This document shows, one piece after another, positions 1-13,300 of a stretch of DNA of 64,000 bases. The DNA lies in the NCBI GenBank assembly GCA_964016885.1, contig OZ024745.1:2728001-2792000 (forward strand), in the 5' to 3' direction. The DNA is from Eledone cirrhosa. Taxonomy: Eukaryota. The stretch's first letter is position 1; every line of letters begins with the position of its first letter. The notes beneath the pieces are model-generated. The model was not told where the DNA came from. It did no database searches and saw nothing but the letters and a program-made list of their open reading frames with translations. The position numbers were made by a program, and so were the translations under genes.

Positions 1-3000
1 TGTTGGTGGTTGTATGGTAGAACCAGTTATATAATTATATAACAGTTGGTGGTTGTATGGTAGAACCAGTGATATAATTATATAACAGTGTTGGTGGCTG
101 TATGGTAGAACCAGTTATATAATTATATAACAGTTGCTGGTTGTATGGTAGAACCAGTGATATAATTATATAACAGTGTTGGTGGTTGTATGGTAGAACC
201 AGTGATATAATTATATAACAGTGTTGGCGGTTGTATGGTAGAACCAGTTATATAATTATATAACAGTGTTGGTGGTTGTATGGTAGAACCAGTTATATAA
301 TTATATAACAGTTGGTGGTTGTATGGTAGAACCAATTATATAATTATATAACAGTGTTGGTGGTTGTATGGTAGAACCAGTGATATAATTATATAACAGT
401 GTTGGTGGTTGTATGGTAGAACCAGTTATATAATTATATAACAGTTGGTGGTTGTATGGTAGAACCAGTGATATAATTATATAACAGTGTTGGTGGTTGT
501 ATGGTAGAACAATTTATATAATTATATAACAGTGTTTGTGGTTGTATGGTAGAACCAGTGATATAATTATATAACAGTGTTGGTGGTTGTATGGTAGAAC
601 CAGTTATATAATTATATAACAGTGTTGGTGGTGGTATGGTAGAACCAGTTATATAATTATATAACAGTGTTGGTGGTTGTATGGTAGAACCACTGGTTAT
701 ATAATTATATAACAGTGTTGGTGGTTGTATGGTAGAACCAGTTATATAATTATATAACAGTGTTGGTGGTTGTATGGTAGAACCAGTGATATAATTATAT
801 AACAGTGTTGGTGGTGGTATGGTAGAACCAGTTATATAATTATATAACAGTGTTGGTGGTGGTATGGTAGAACCAGTTATATAATTATATAACAGTGTTG
901 GGGGTTGTATGGTAGAACCAGTGATATAATTATATAACAGTGTTGGTGGTGGTATGGTAGTACCAGTTATATAATTATATAACAGTGTTGGTGGTTGTAT
1001 GGTAGAACCAGTTATATAATTATATAACAGTTGGTGGTTGTATGGTAGAACCAGTTATATAATTATATAACAGTGTTGGTGGTTTTATGGTAGAACGAGT
1101 TATATAATTATATAACAGTGTTGGTGGTTGTATGGTAGAACGAGTTATATAATTATATAACAGTGTTGGTGGTTGTATGGTAGAACCAGTTATATAATTA
1201 TATAACAGTTGGTGATAGTATGGTAGAACCAGTTATATAATTATATTATAGTGTTGGTGGTTGTATGGTAGAACCAGTTATATAATTATATAACAGTTGG
1301 TGGTTGTATGGTAGAACCAGTTATATAATTATATAACAGTGTTGGTGGTTGTATGGTAGAACCAGTGATATAATTATATAACAGTGTTGGTGGTTGTATG
1401 GTAGAACCAGTTATATAATTGTATAACAGTTGGTGGTTGTATGGTAGAACCAGTGATATAATTATATAACAGTGTTGGTGGTTGTATGGTAGAACCAGTT
1501 ATATAATTATATAACAGTGTTGGTGGTTGTATGGTAGAACCAGTTATATAATTATATAACAGTTGGTGGTTGTATGGTAGAACCAGTGATATAATTATAT
1601 AACAGTGTTTGTGGCTGTATGGTAGAACCAGTTATATAATTATATAACAGTGTTGGTGGTTGTATGGTAGAACCAGTGATATAATTATATAACAGTGTTG
1701 GTGGTGGTATGGTAGAACGAGTTATATAATTATATAACAGTGTTGGTGGTGGTATGGTTGAACCAGTTATATAATTATATAACAGTGTTGGTGGTTGTAT
1801 GGTAGACCCAGTGATATAATTATATAACAGTGTTGGTGGCTGTATGGTAGAACCACTGGTTATATAATTATATAACAGTGTTGGCGGTTGTATGGTAGAA
1901 CCAGCTATATAATTATATAACAGTTGGTGGTAGTTGTATGGTAGAACCAGTTATATAATTATATAACAGTTGGTGGTTGTATGGTAGAACCAGTTATATA
2001 ATTATATAACAGTGTTGGTGGTTGTATGGTAGAACCAGTGATATAATTATATAACAGTGTTGGTGTTTGTATGGTAGAAACAGTTATATAATTATATAAC
2101 AGTGTTGGTGGTGGTATGGTAGAACCAGTTATATAATTATATAACAGTGTTGGTGGTGGTATGGTAGAACCAGTTATATAATTATATAACAGTGTTGGTG
2201 GTTGTATGTTAGAACCAGTGATATAATTATATAACAGTGTTGGTGGTGGTATGGTAGAACCAGTTATATAATTATATAACAGTGTTGGTGGTTGTATGGT
2301 AGAACCAGTTATATAATTATATAACAGTGTTGGTGGTTGTATGGTAGAACCACTGGTTATATAATTATATAACAGTGTTGGTGGTTGTATGGTAGAACCA
2401 GTTATATAATTATATAACAGTTGGTGGTTGTATGGTAGAACCAGTTATATAATTATATAACAGTGTTGGTGGTTGTATGGTAGAACGAGTTATATAATTA
2501 TATAACAGTGTTGGTGGTTGTATGGTAGAACGAGTTATATAATTATATAACAGTGTTGGTGGTTGTATGGTAGAACCAGTTATATAATTATATAACAGTG
2601 TTGGTGGTTGTATGGTAGAACCAGTTATATAATTATATAACAGTGTTGGTGGTTGTATGGTAGAACGAGTTATATAATTATATAACAGTGTTGGTGGTTG
2701 TATGGTAGAACGAGTTATATAATTATATAACAGTGTTGGTGGTTGTATGGTAGAACCAGTTATATAATTATATAAAAGTGTTGGTGGTTTTATGGTAGAA
2801 CCAGTTATATAATTATATAACAGTGTTGGTGGTTGTATGGTAGAACCAGTTATATAATTATATAACAGTGTTGGCGGTTGTATGGTAGAACCAGTTATAT
2901 AATTATATAACAGTGTTGGTGGTTGTATGGTAGAACCAGTTATATAATTATATAACAGTGTTGGTGGTTGTATGGTAGAACGAGTTATATAATTATATAA

Positions 3001-4420
3001 CAGTGTTGGTGGTTGTATGGTAGAACCAGTTATATAATTATATAACAGTGTTGGTGGTTGTATGGTAGAACCAGTGATATAATTATATAACAGTGTTGGT
3101 GGTTGTATGGTAGAACCAGTTATATAATTATATAACAGTTGGTGGTTGTATGGTAGAACCACTGATATAATTATATAACAGTGTTGGTGGTTGTATGGTA
3201 GAACCAGTTATATAATTATATAACAGTGTTGGTGGTTGTATGGTAGAACCAGTTATATAATTATATAACAGTTGGTGGTTGTATGGTAGAACCAGTGATA
3301 TAATTATATAACAGTGTTGGTGGCTGTATGGTAGAACCAGTTATATAATTATATAACAGTTGCTGGTTGTATGGTAGAACCAGTGATATAATTATATAAC
3401 AGTGTTGGTGGTTGTATGGTAGAACCAGTGATATAATTATATAACAGTGTTGGCGGTTGTATGGTAGAACCAGTTATATAATTATATAACAGTGTTGGTG
3501 GTTGTATGGTAGAACCAGTTATATAATTATATAACAGTTGGTGGTTGTATGGTAGAACCAATTATATAATTATATAACAGTGTTGGTGGTTGTATGGTAG
3601 AACCAGTGATATAATTATATAACAGTGTTGGTGGTTGTATGGTAGAACCAGTTATATAATTATATAACAGTTGGTGGTTGTATGGTAGAACCAGTGATAT
3701 AATTATATAACAGTGTTGGTGGTTGTATGGTAGAACAAGTTATATAATTATATAACAGTGTTTGTGGTTGTATGGTAGAACCAGTGATATAATTATATAA
3801 CAGTGTTGGTGGTTGTATGGGAGAACCAGTTATATAATTATATAACAGTGTTGGTGGTGGTATGGTAGAACCAGTTATATAATTATATAACAGTGTTGGT
3901 GGTTGTATGGTAGAACCACTGGTTATATAATTATATAACAGTGTTGGTGGTTGTATGGTAGAACCAGTTATATATTTATATAACAGTGTTGGTGGTTGTA
4001 TGGTAGAACCAGTGATATAATTATATAACAGTGTTGGTGGTGGTATGGTAGAACCAGTTATATAATTATATAACAGTGTTGGTGGTGGTATGGTAGAACC
4101 AGTTATATAATTATATAACAGTGTTGGGGGTTGTATGGTAGAACCAGTGATATAATTATATAACAGTGTTGGTGGTGGTATGGTAGAACCAGTTATATAA
4201 TTATATAACAGTGTTGGTGGTTGTATGGTAGAATCAGTTATATAATTATATAACAGTTGGTGGTTGTATGGTAGAACCAGTTATATAATTATATAACCGT
4301 GTTGGTGGTTTTATGGTAGAACGAGTTATATAATTATATAACAGTGTTGGTGGTTGTATGGTAGAACGAGTTATATAATTATATAACAGTGTTGGTGGTT
4401 GTATGGTAGAACCAGTTATA
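1..4420. repeat. Duplicated block within the array, offset 3226 bp (about 1-1200 vs about 3227-4420)
   Basis: Identical 70-aa ORF artefacts at 123 and 3349, GGTTTTATGG at 1081/4307, and shared TTGCTGG, AACCAATT and TGTTTGTGG variants in the same order. Confidence 0.85.
26..43. repeat. Perfect 18-bp palindrome GTTATATAATTATATAAC (first instance; present in most monomers)
   Basis: Equals its own reverse complement. The inner 16 bp are two tandem copies of the 8-bp palindrome TTATATAA. Confidence 0.97.
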
Positions 4421-4619
4421 TAATTATATAACAGTGTTGGTGGTTGTATGGTAGAACCAGTTATATAATTATATAACAGTGTTGGCGGTTGTATGGTAGA
4501 ACCAGTTATATAATTATATAACAGTGTTGGTGGTTGTATGGTAGAACCAGTTATATAATTATATAACAGTGTTGGTGGTTGTATGGTAGAACGAGTGATA
4601 TAATTATATAACAGTGTTG

Positions 4620-7300
4620 GTGGTTGTATGGTAGAACGAGTTATATAATTATATAACAGTGTTGGTGGTTGTATGGTAGAACCAGTTATATAATTATATA
4701 ACAGTGTTGGTGGTTGTATGGTAGAAACAGTTATATAATTATATAACAGTGTTGGCGGTTGTATGGTAGAACCAGTGATATAATTATATAACAGTGTTGG
4801 TGGTTGTATGGTAGAACCAGTTATATAATTATATAAGTGTTGGCGGTTGTATGGTAGAACCAGTTGTATAATTATATAACAGTGTTGGTGGTTGTATGGT
4901 AGAAACAGTTATATAATTATATAACAGTGTTGGTGGTTGTATGGTAGAACCAGTGATATAATTATATAACAGTGTTGGTGTTTGTATGGTAGAACCAGTT
5001 ATATAATTATATAACAGTGTTGGTGGTGGTATGGTAGAACCAGTTATACAATTATATAACAGTGTTGGTGGTGGTATGGTAGAACCAGTTATATAATTAT
5101 ATAACAGTGTTGGTGGTTGTATGGTAGAACCAGTGATATAATTATATAACAGTGTTGGAGGTGGTATGGTAGAACCAGTTATATAATTATATAACAGTGT
5201 TGGTGGTTGTATGGTAGAACCAGTTATATAATTATATAACAGTGTTGGTGGTTGTATGGTAGAACCACTGGTTATATAATTATATAACAGTGTTGGTGGT
5301 TGTATGGTAGAACCAGTTATATAATTATATAACAGTTGGTGGTTGTATGGTAGAACCAGTTATATAATTATATAACAGTGTTGGTGGTTGTATGGTAGAA
5401 CCAGTTATATAATTATATAACAGTGTTGGTGGTTGTATGGTAGAACGAGTTATATAATTATATAACAGTGTTGGTGGTTGTATGGTAGAACCAGTTATAT
5501 AATTATATAACAGTGTTGGTGGTTGTATGGTAGAACCAGTTATATAATTATATAACAGTGTTGGTGGTTGTATGGTAGAACGAGTTATATAATTATATAA
5601 CAGTGTTGGTGGTTGTATGGTAGAACGAGTTATATAATTATATAACAGTGTTGGTGGTTGTATGGTAGAACCAGTTATATAATTATATAACAGTGTTGGT
5701 GGTTGTATGGTAGAACCAGTTATATAATTATATAACAGTGTTGGCGGTTGTATGGTAGAACCAGTTATATAATTATATAACAGTGTTGGTGGTTGTATGG
5801 TAGAACCAGTTATATAATTATATAACAGTGTTGGCGGTTGTATGGTAGAACCAGTTATATAATTATATAACAGTGTTGGTGGTTGTATGGTAGAACCAGT
5901 TATATAATTATATAACAGTGTTGGTGGTTGTATGGTAGAACGAGTTATATAATTATATAACAGTGTTGGTGGTTGTATGGTAGAACCAGTTATATAATTA
6001 TATAACAGTGTTGGTGGTTGTATGGTAGAAACAGTTATATAATTATATAACAGTGTTGGCGGTTGTATGGTAGAACCAGTGATATAATTATATAACAGTG
6101 TTGGTGGTTGTATGGTAGAACCAGTTATATAATTATATAAGTGTTGGCGGTTGTATGGTAGAACCAGTTGTATAATTATATAACAGTGTTGGTGGTTGTA
6201 TGGTAGAAACAGTTATATAATTATATAACAGTGTTGGTGGTTGTATGGTAGAACCAGTGATATAATTATATAACAGTGTTGGTGTTTGTATGGTAGAACC
6301 AGTTATATAATTATATAACAGTGTTGGTGGTGGTATGGTAGAACCAGTTATATAATTATATAACAGTGTTGGTGGTGGTATGGTAGAACCAGTTATATAA
6401 TTATATAACAGTGTTGGTGGTTGTATGGTAGAACCAGTGATATAATTATATAACAGTGTTGGAGGTGGTATGGTAGAACCAGTTATATAATTATATAACA
6501 GTGTTGGTGGTTGTATGGTAGAACCAGTTATATAATTATATAACAGTGTTGGTGGTTGTATGGTAGAACCACTGGTTATATAATTATATAACAGTGTTGG
6601 TGGTTGTATGGTAGAACCAGTTATATAATTATATAACAGTTGGTGGTTGTATGGTAGAACCAGTTATATAATTATATAACAGTGTTGGTGGTTGTATGGT
6701 AGAACCAGTTATATAATTATATAACAGTGTTGGTGGTTGTATGGTAGAACGAGTTATATAATTATATAACAGTGTTGGTGGTTGTATGGTAGAACCAGTT
6801 ATATAATTATATAACAGTGTTGGTGGTTGTATGGTAGAACCAGTTATATAATTATATAACAGTGTTGGTGGTTGTATGGTAGAACGAGTTATATAATTAT
6901 ATAACAGTGTTGGTGGTTGTATGGTAGAACGAGTTATATAATTATATAACAGTGTTGGTGGTTGTATGGTAGAACCAGTTATATAATTATATAACAGTGT
7001 TGGTGGTTGTATGGTAGAACCAGTTATATAATTATATAACAGTGTTGGCGGTTGTATGGTAGAACCAGTTATATAATTATATAACAGTGTTGGTGGTTGT
7101 ATGGTAGAACCAGTTATATAATTATATAACAGTGTTGGCGGTTGTATGGTAGAACCAGTTATATAATTATATAACAGTGTTGGTGGTTGTATGGTAGAAC
7201 CAGTTATATAATTATATAACAGTGTTGGTGGTTGTATGGTAGAACGAGTTATATAATTATATAACAGTGTTGGTGGTTGTATGGTAGAACCAGTTATATA
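4620..7300. repeat. Tandem duplication, period 1304 bp (29 monomers)
   Basis: CA-deletion junction ATAA|GTGT at 4837/6141 and GGAGG variant at 5157/6461. 29x45-2-2+3 = 1304. Confidence 0.85.
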
Positions 7301-10300
7301 ATTATATAACAGTGTTGGTGGTTGTATGGTAGAACCAGTGATATAATTATATAACAGTGTTGGTGGTTGTATGGTAGAACCAGTTATATAATTATATAAC
7401 AGTTGGTGGTTGTATGGTAGAACCAGTGATATAATTATATAACAGTGTTGGTGGTTGTATGGTAGAACCAGTTATATAATTATATAACAGTGTTGGTGGT
7501 TGTATGGTAGAACCAGTTATATAATTATATAACAGTTGGTGGTTGTATGGTAGAACCAGTGATATAATTGTATAACAGTGTTGGTGGCTGTATGGTAGAA
7601 CCAGTTATATAATTATATAACAGTTGCTGGTTGTATGGTAGAACCAGTGATATAATTATATAAGAGTGTTGGTGGTTGTATGGTAGAACCAGTGATATAA
7701 TTATATAACAGTGTTGGCGGTTGTATGGTAGAACCAGTTATATAATTATATAACAGTGTTGGTGGTTGCATGGTAGAACCAGTTATATAATTATATAACA
7801 GTCGGTGGTTGTATGGTAGAACCAATTATATAATTATATAACAGTGTTGGTGGTTGTATGGTAGAACCAGTGATATAATTATATAACAGTGTTGGTGGTT
7901 GTATGGTAGAACCAGTTATATAATTATATAACAGTTGGTGGTTGTATGGTAGAACCAGTGATATAATTATATAACAGTGTTGGTGGTTGTATGGTAGAAC
8001 AAGTTATATAATTATATAACAGTGTTGGTGGTTGTATGGTAGAACCAGTTATATAATTATATAACAGTGTTGGCGGTTGTATGGTAGAACCAGTTATATA
8101 ATTATATAACAGTGTTGGTGGTTGTATGGTAGAACCAGTTATATAATTATATAACAGTGTTGGTGGTTGTATGGTAGAACGAGTGATATAATTATATAAC
8201 AGTGTTGGTGGTTGTATGGTAGAACGAGTTATATAATTATATAACAGTGTTGGTGGTTGTATGGTAGAACCAGTTATATAATTATATAACAGTGTTGGTG
8301 GTTGTATGGTAGAAACAGTTATATAATTATATAACAGTGTTGGCGGTTGTATGGTAGAACCAGTGATATAATTATATAACAGTGTTGGTGGTTGTATGGT
8401 AGAACCAGTTATATAATTATATAAGTGTTGGCGGTTGTATGGTAGAACCAGTTGTATAATTATATAACAGTGTTGGTGGTTGTATGGTAGAAACAGTTAT
8501 ATAATTATATAACAGTGTTGGTGGTTGTATGGGAGAACCAGTGATATAATTATATAACAGTGTTGGTGTTTGTATGGTAGAACCAGTTATATAATTATAT
8601 AACAGTGTTGGTGGTGGTATGGTAGAACCAGTTATATAATTATATAACAGTGTTGGTGGTGGTATGGTAGAACCAGTTATATAATTATATAACAGTGTTG
8701 GTGGTTGTATGGTAGAACCAGTGATATAATTATATAACAGTGTTGGTGGTGGTATGGTAGAACCAGTTATATAATTATATAACAGTGTTGGTGGTTGTAT
8801 GGTAGAACCAGTTATATAATTATATAACAGTGTTGGTGGTTGTATGGTAGAACCACTGGTTATATAATTATATAACAGTGTTGGTGGTTGTATGGTAGAA
8901 CCAGTTATATAATTATATAACAGTTGGTGGTTGTATGGTAGAACCAGTTATATAATTATATAACAGTGTTGGTGGTTGTATGGTAGAACCAGTTATATAA
9001 TTATATAACAGTGTTGGTGGTTGTATGGTAGAACGAGTTATATAATTATATAACAGTGTTGGTGGTTGTATGGTAGAACCAGTTATATAATTATATAACA
9101 GTGTTGGTGGTTGTATGGTAGAACCAGTTATATAATTATATAACAGTGTTGGTGGTTGTATGGTAGAACGAGTTATATAATTATATAACAGTGTTGGTGG
9201 TTGTATGGTAGAACGAGTTATATAATTATATAACAGTGTTGGTGGTTGTATGGTAGAACCAGTTATATAATTATATAACAGTGTTGGTGGTTGTATGGTA
9301 GAACCAGTTATATAATTATATAACAGTGTTGGCGGTTCTATGGTAGAACCAGTTATATAATTATATAACAGTGTTGGTGGTTGTATGGTAGAACCAGTTA
9401 TATAATTATATAACAGTGTTGGCGGTTGTATGGTAGAACCGGTTATATAATTATATAACAGTGTTGGTGGTTGTATGGTAGAACCAGTTATATAATTATA
9501 TAACAGTGTTGGTGGTTGTATGGTAGAACGAGTTATATAATTATATAACAGTGTTGGTGGTTGTATGGTAGAACCAGTTATATAATTATATAACAGTGTT
9601 GGTGGTTGTATGGTAGAACCAGTGATATAATTATATAACAGTGTTGGTGGTTGTATGGTAGAACCAGTTATATAATTATATAACAGTTGGTGGTTGTATG
9701 GTAGAACCAGTGATATAATTATATAACAGTGTTGGTGGTTGTATGGTAGAACCAGTTATATAATTATATAACAGTGTTGGTGGTTGTATGGTAGAACCAG
9801 TTATATAATTATATAACAGTTGGTGGTTGTATGGTAGAACCAGTGATATAATTATATAACAGTGTTGGTGGCTGTATGGTAGAACCAGTTATATAATTAT
9901 ATAACAGTTGCTGGTTGTATGGTAGAACCAGTGATATAATTATATAAGAGTGTTGGTGGTTGTATGGTAGAACCAGTGATATAATTATATAACAGTGTTG
10001 GCGGTTGTATGGTAGAACCAGTTATATAATTATATAACAGTGTTGGTGGTTGTATGGTAGAACCAGTTATATAATTATATAACAGTCGGTGGTTGTATGG
10101 TAGAACCAATTATATAATTATATAACAGTGTTGGTGGTTGTATGGTAGAACCAGTGATATAATTATATAACAGTGTTGGTGGTTGTATGGTAGAACCAGT
10201 TATATAATTATATAACAGTTGGTGGTTGTATGGTAGAACCAGTGATATAATTATATAACAGTGTTGGTGGTTGTATGGTAGAACAAGTTATATAATTATA
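5950..10300. repeat. Tandem duplication, period 2284 bp (about 51 monomers)
   Basis: ATAA|GTGT at 6141/8425 and ORF artefacts at 7613/9897 give the same offset. TAAGAGTG and GTCGG variants are shared by both copies. Confidence 0.85.
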
Positions 10301-13300
10301 TAACAGTGTTTGTGGTTGTATGGTAGAACCAGTGATATAATTATATAACAGTGTTGGTGGTTGTATGGTAGAACCAGTTATATAGTTATATAACAGTGTT
10401 GGTGGTGGTATGGTAGAACCAGTTATATAATTATATAACAGTGTCGGTGGTTGTGTGGTAGAACCACTGGTTATATAATTATATAACAGTGTTGGTGGTT
10501 GTATGGTAGAACCAGTTATATAATTATATAACAGTGTTGGTGGTTGTATGGTAGAACCAGTGATATAATTATATAACAGTGTTGGTGGTGGTATGGTAGA
10601 ACCAGTTATATAATTATATAACAGTGTTGGTGGTGGTATGGTAGAACCAGTTATATAATTATATAACAGTGTTGGGGGTTGTATGGTAGAACCAGTGATA
10701 TAATTATATAACAGTGTTGGTGGTGGTATGGTAGAACCAGTTATATAATTATATAACAGTGTTGGTGGTTGTATGGTAGAACCAGTTATATAATTATATA
10801 ACAGTTGGTAGTTGTATGGTAGAACCAGTTATATAATTATATAACAGTGTTGGTGGTTTTATGGTAGAACGAGTTATATAATTATATAACAGTGTTGGTG
10901 GTGGTATGGTAGAACGAGTTATATAATTATATAACAGTGTTGGTGGTTGTATGGTAGAACCAGTTATATAATTATATAACAGTGTTGGTGGTTGTATGGT
11001 AGAACCAGTTATATAATTATATAACAGTGTTGGCGGTTGTATGGTAGAACCAGTTATATAATTATATAACAGTGTTGGTGGTTGTATGGTAGAACCAGTT
11101 ATATAATTATATAACAGTGTTGGTGGTTGTATGGTAGAACGAGTGATATAATTATATAACAGTGTTGGTGGTTGTATGGTAGAACGAGTTATATAATTAT
11201 ATAACAGTGTTGGTGGTTGTATGGTAGAACCAGTTATATAATTATATAACAGTGTTGGTGGTTGTATGGTAGAACCAGTTATATAATTATATAACAGTGT
11301 TGGCGGTTGTATGGTAGAACCAGTTATATAAATATATAACAGTGTTGGTGGTTGTATGGTAGAACCAGTTATATAATTATATAAGTGTTGGCGGTTGTAT
11401 GGTAGAACCAGTTGTATAATTATATAACAGTGTTGGTGGTTGTATGGTAGAAACAGTTATATAATTATATAACAGTGTTGGTGGTTGTATGGTAGAACGA
11501 GTTATATAATTATATAACAGTGTTGGTGGTTGTATGGTAGAACCAGTTATATAATTATATAACAGTGTTGCTGGTTGTATGGTAGAACCAGTTATATAAT
11601 TATATAACAGTGTTGGTGGTTGTATGGTAGAACGAGTTATATAATTATATAACAGTGTTGGTGGTTGTATGGTAGAACGAGTTATATAATTATATAACAG
11701 TGTTGGTGGTTGTATGGTAGAACCAGTTATATAATTATATAACAGTGTTGGTGGTTGTATGGTAGAACCACTGGTTATATAATTATATAACAGTGTTGGC
11801 GGTTGTATGGTAGAACCAGTTATATAATTATATAACAGTGTTAGGGGTTGTATGTTAGAACGAGTTATATAATTATATAACAGTGTTGGTGGTTGTATGG
11901 TAGAACCAGTTATATAATTATATAACAGTGTTGGTGATTGTATGGTAGAACCAGTTATATAATTATATAACAGTGTTGGTGGCTGTATGGTAGAACCACT
12001 GGTTATATAATTATATAACAGTGTTGGCGGTTGTATGGTAGAACCAGCTATATAATTATATAACAGTTGGTGGTAGTTGTATGGTAGAACCAGTGATATA
12101 ATTATATAACAGTGTTGGTGGTTGTATGGTAGAACCAGTTATATAATTATATAACAGTGTTGGTGGTTGTATGGTAGAACCAGTTATATAATTATATAAC
12201 AGTGATGGTGGTTGTACTGTAGAACCAGTTATATAATTATATAACAGTGTTGGTGGTTGTATGGTAGAACCAGTTATATAAGTATATAACAGTTGGTGGT
12301 AGTATGGTAGAACCAGTTATATAATTATATAACAGTGTTGGCGGTTGTATGGTAGAACCAGTTATATAATTATATAACAGTGTTGGTGGTTGTATGGTAG
12401 AACCACTGGTTATATAATTATATAACAGTGTTGGTGGTTGTATGGTAGAACCAGTTATATAATTATATAACAGTTGGTGGTTGTATGGTAGAACCAGTTA
12501 TATAATTATATAACAGTGTTGGTGGTTGTATGGTAGAACGAGTTATATAATTATATAACAGTGTTGGTGGTTGTATGGTAGAACGAGTTATATAATTATA
12601 TAACAGTGTTGGTGGTTGTATGGTAGAACCAGTTATATAATTATATAACAGTGTTGGTGGTTGTATGGTAGAACCAGTTATATAATTATATAACAGTGTT
12701 GGCGGTTGTATGGTAGAACCAGTTATATAATTATATAACAGTGTTGGTGGTTGTATGGTAGAACCAGTTATATAATTATATAACAGTGTTGGTGGTTGTA
12801 TGGTAGAACGAGTTATATAATTATATAACAGTGTTGGTGGTTGTATGGTAGTACCAGTTATATAATTATATAACAGTGTTGGTGGTTGTATGGTAGAACC
12901 AGTTATATAATTATATAACAGTGTTGATGGTTGTATGGTAGAACCAGTTATATAATTATATAACAGTGTTGGCGGTTGTATGGTAGAACCAGTTATATAA
13001 TTATATAACAGTGTTGGTGGTTGTATGGTAGAACCAGTTATATAATTATATAACAGTTGTGGCGGTTGTATGGTAGAACCAGTTATATAATTATATAACA
13101 GTGTTGGTGGTTGTATGGTAGAACCAGTTATATAATTATATAACAGTGTTGGTGGTTGTATGGTAGAACGAGTTATAAAATTATATAACAGTGTTGGTGG
13201 TTGTAGGGTAGAACCAGTTATATAATTATATAACAGTGTTGGTGTTTGTATGGTAGAACCAGTTATATAATTATATAACAGTGTTGGTGGTTGTATGGTA

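Noticed and set aside
26-43. Promoters (TATAAT/TATA box) or terminators
   Set aside because: The motifs follow from the AT-rich core repeated about 1,400 times. There is no downstream gene, -35 element or GC-rich stem with a U tract.
627-639. G-quadruplex in GGTGGTGGTATGG variants
   Set aside because: Only two-G tracts, giving at best a weak two-tier structure. The consensus has just three GG tracts.
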